Notes under the pieces: model-generated
What the model saw: only the letters and a program-made list of their open reading frames with translations
Told to the model about the DNA's origin: nothing
Databases searched by the model: none
Shown: positions 61,396 through 64,000 of the stretch, one piece after another
How positions within the stretch are numbered: position 1 is the stretch's first letter
How the letters are laid out: every line of letters starts with the position of its first letter
From: the human T2T-CHM13v2.0 reference genome, Homo sapiens
Reading direction: 5' to 3' (one strand)
NCBI RefSeq assembly: GCF_009914755.1
Contig: NC_060934.1
DNA: 64,000 nt
Made by a program: the position numbers and the translations under genes

Positions 61396-62022
61396 ATACA
61401 TTCAGAGACAATGAAGATTCTCATTCCTTGGTAGCTGTTTCTCTTTCATTTTGACTCCTCCTCTCCTGGCTCTGCTGACCCCAGAACCCAGGGACCATGT
61501 CTGTCTTGCACATCACCACATGCCCAAGGGCAAGTCTACTTGCTGAATAAATGAATCAACGTCTTCAGGCTCAGTCTTTTTTTTTTTTTTTCTATTTCAT
61601 TTTCTTACATTTCTATGTGTCTCTCTCAGTTGATGAATAGTTTATTAGTCCTAACGATTGCATTTGTAATCATGACTGTATTACATTTTGGTATAATTTC
61701 AATGCTGGCATCTATATGTAAATCTAAAACTAAATGGAATTTAAAGTCTCTACCCAAACAAGGCAAACATATTGCAGCTATCATCTAAATAGGTCATTGA
61801 CAGATACTTTTGAAACAATTGGTGAGACTTGGAAATGGAGTAGCTATCAGAAAATTATCAATAATTTTCTTAGTAGTAATAACTGTGATTATGTAGAGAA
61901 TGTCTTTATTTTAAGGAGATGGATAATTATAATATTTAGAAGTGAGTGTCATGGTGTCTTTCAAGTGACTTGCAATAACTATTTATTATCTGTCTACCCA
62001 TTATCTAGATAAAACAAATACA

Positions 62023-62277
62023 GTCAGGCACAGTGGCTCATGCCTATAATCCCGGCACTTTGGGAGGCTGAGACAAGTGTATTGCTTGAGCCCAGGAGTT
62101 CGAGACCAGACCGGGCAACATAGAAAAATTTCGTCTCTACAAAAAATACAAAAATTAGCCAGGCATGGGGCATGCACCTGGAGTCCCAACTACTTGGGGA
62201 GGCTGAGATAGGAATATCACTTGAGTCCAGGAGGTCAAGTTTGCAGAGTGAGATTCTGTCTCAAAAAACAAAACAGA
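62023..62277 (+). mobile_element. AluJ with right-arm deletion
   Basis: Alu body within probable old L1 3' remnants. Confidence 0.85.
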
Positions 62278-62836
62278 ACACTCCAATATGGTGGAGTGTT
62301 AAAAATTTTGGTTCTTGATGATGGGTCTATGTGTTATTATCATTTTATTCTTCTATATGCTTGAGAATCTCCATAAAAACATTTTAAAAAGTGATATAGC
62401 AGATGTTTCTGATCTTGGGGACAAGTATGAACTGATCTTGCTCAGGGTTGCCTCCCACCCGAATCACATTTGAACCATGAATGTTGCAGAGTAATCTTTC
62501 CTTCAAGAAAAAAGTCTCCCATCTTCCCTGGCAGCCTATTCTGAATTTTCATCATCTTTACAGTCAAGAAGTTCTTTCTTCTGCCTATTTCAAATGGTAA
62601 AGGAACTCGTTTAGCTCTCAGCTATTTTGGTCTCTTCTGATTTCATAACAGGGTGGTTTGCAGAGTGTGTTAGATTTCGACTTTTCTTCAGGATTCATGT
62701 TCCCATGGGCATTCTGGAATGGCTGGTAGGAGAGATTTCTCTCCAGTGTGGTCTGATATTTATCTGGAAACGCTGCAGGGAAACAGCACAAGGTACTCTG
62801 ATGCTGAGCCACATAGCCTCATGCCTGTCCCCCAAC

Positions 62837-63172
62837 TTTTGTTTTTGTTTTTGTTTTTTTGGGGGTTTTTTTTTCGGAGATGGAGTTTCGCTCTGTCGCC
62901 CAGGCTGGAGTGCAGTGATATGATCTCGGCTCACTGCAACTTCCACCTCACGGGTTCAAGCAATTTTCCTGCCTCAGCCTCCTGAGTACCTGGGATTACA
63001 GGCGCCCACCACCACACCCAGCTAATTTTTTGTATTTTTAGTGGAGGTGGGGTTTCGCCGTGTTGGCCAGGGTGGCCAGGCTGGTCTCGAACTCCTGAAC
63101 TCAGGTGATCTACCCGCCTCAGCCTCCCGAAGTGCTGGGATTACAGGCATGAGCCACCATGCCCGACCTATT
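62837..63172 (-). mobile_element. AluS
   Basis: Reverse-complement dimer with a small internal duplication, TGGCCAGG. Confidence 0.9.
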
Positions 63173-63877
63173 GGCCTATTTTTCTTTCTATTTTTCACAC
63201 ATTTCTTATTTACTTATTGTCTACCTCTTCCACTAGAATGTACACTGTGAGGGTGTGGCCTTGGTCTGTGTCAATTTGGACTCAGTGGTTGGAGTTTACA
63301 GAATGTTTCTTTTTTGGCTTCGATGTCTTCCCGGGATGCTTATCCTTCATTAAGGATATTTCCTTCTAGTCAGTTCCGTTCTACAGGAGCCACCATTATA
63401 AGAGACACCTCGTTAGGAGTTCCATGCTTAGGGGCACTTGGGCAAACAACAAGAGGTCATTCTCCAATCGTATTTAATCTCTAGAATCTCCTAGAAACAG
63501 AATAACTTTAGCTAAGTGCCCCCAAATACTTTTCCTCAAGAGAAATTTGATTATATTCTACTGATATAAACAAAACATGATTCCCTTCACATAGAGAACT
63601 GGGTTATTGAACTGAGTGCCAGAGAATAAGAACAGAACAATCTTAGGTAATATTATTAGCAATGTATTATCTTTGTGTAAAACGACAGTTTCCAAATGAC
63701 ACAAATGATCTCATCTTTCTTGGAATTATCCCGTAGCGGGCAGTTTGGTGTTTAACGAACTTGGGGCGAATTAAGAAATGTGTCTTTCCAGAGATTCATT
63801 TGTTGATGATGACTTTGCGAGCACATGCCCTGCGGTAAAGATACGCTGTGGTCTGGAAATGCATGTGTGTGCATATG

Positions 63878-63929
63878 TACACACACGCACACATACCATA
63901 CACATACAAACACACACACACACACACAC
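63878..63929. repeat. Imperfect (CA)n
   Basis: Directly visible. Confidence 0.85.
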
Positions 63930-64000
63930 AGACGCACCAACTAAATACATGAGTTTGCACATTGGAATCCAGGCTGAAAAAAGTTGCAGTGTCCTGGATG

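Overview
Human non-coding genomic DNA (an AluYa5 matching the consensus as I recall it marks it as human), densely layered with transposons. It holds about 40 Alu/FLAM/FRAM elements, L1/L2/L3/MIR remnants, solo LTRs (LTR12C, LTR9-type, MER4, MLT1/MLT2, THE1/MST, LTR33/LTR16-like) and DNA transposon fossils (MER6A, MER1A, MER63, three MADE1 pieces, a fragmented hAT-Blackjack-like element). I can support no protein-coding exon; the ORF track is Alu, LTR or microsatellite translation, or chance. I could not identify the locus, and family names come from recalled consensus sequences, not an alignment. I found no convincing new biological system. The most interesting unexplained structures are: (1) two unrelated ~61-bp direct duplications, each bracketing an intervening segment; (2) a perfect 23-bp hairpin at 46719-46770; (3) a cluster of U1-complementary 5' splice-site motifs between two MADE1 fragments; (4) a structured segment ending in a splice donor at 56.8-56.95 kb; (5) an LTR12C back-to-back with a CpG-retaining, paired-CCAAT flank; (6) convergent CTCF-like motifs.
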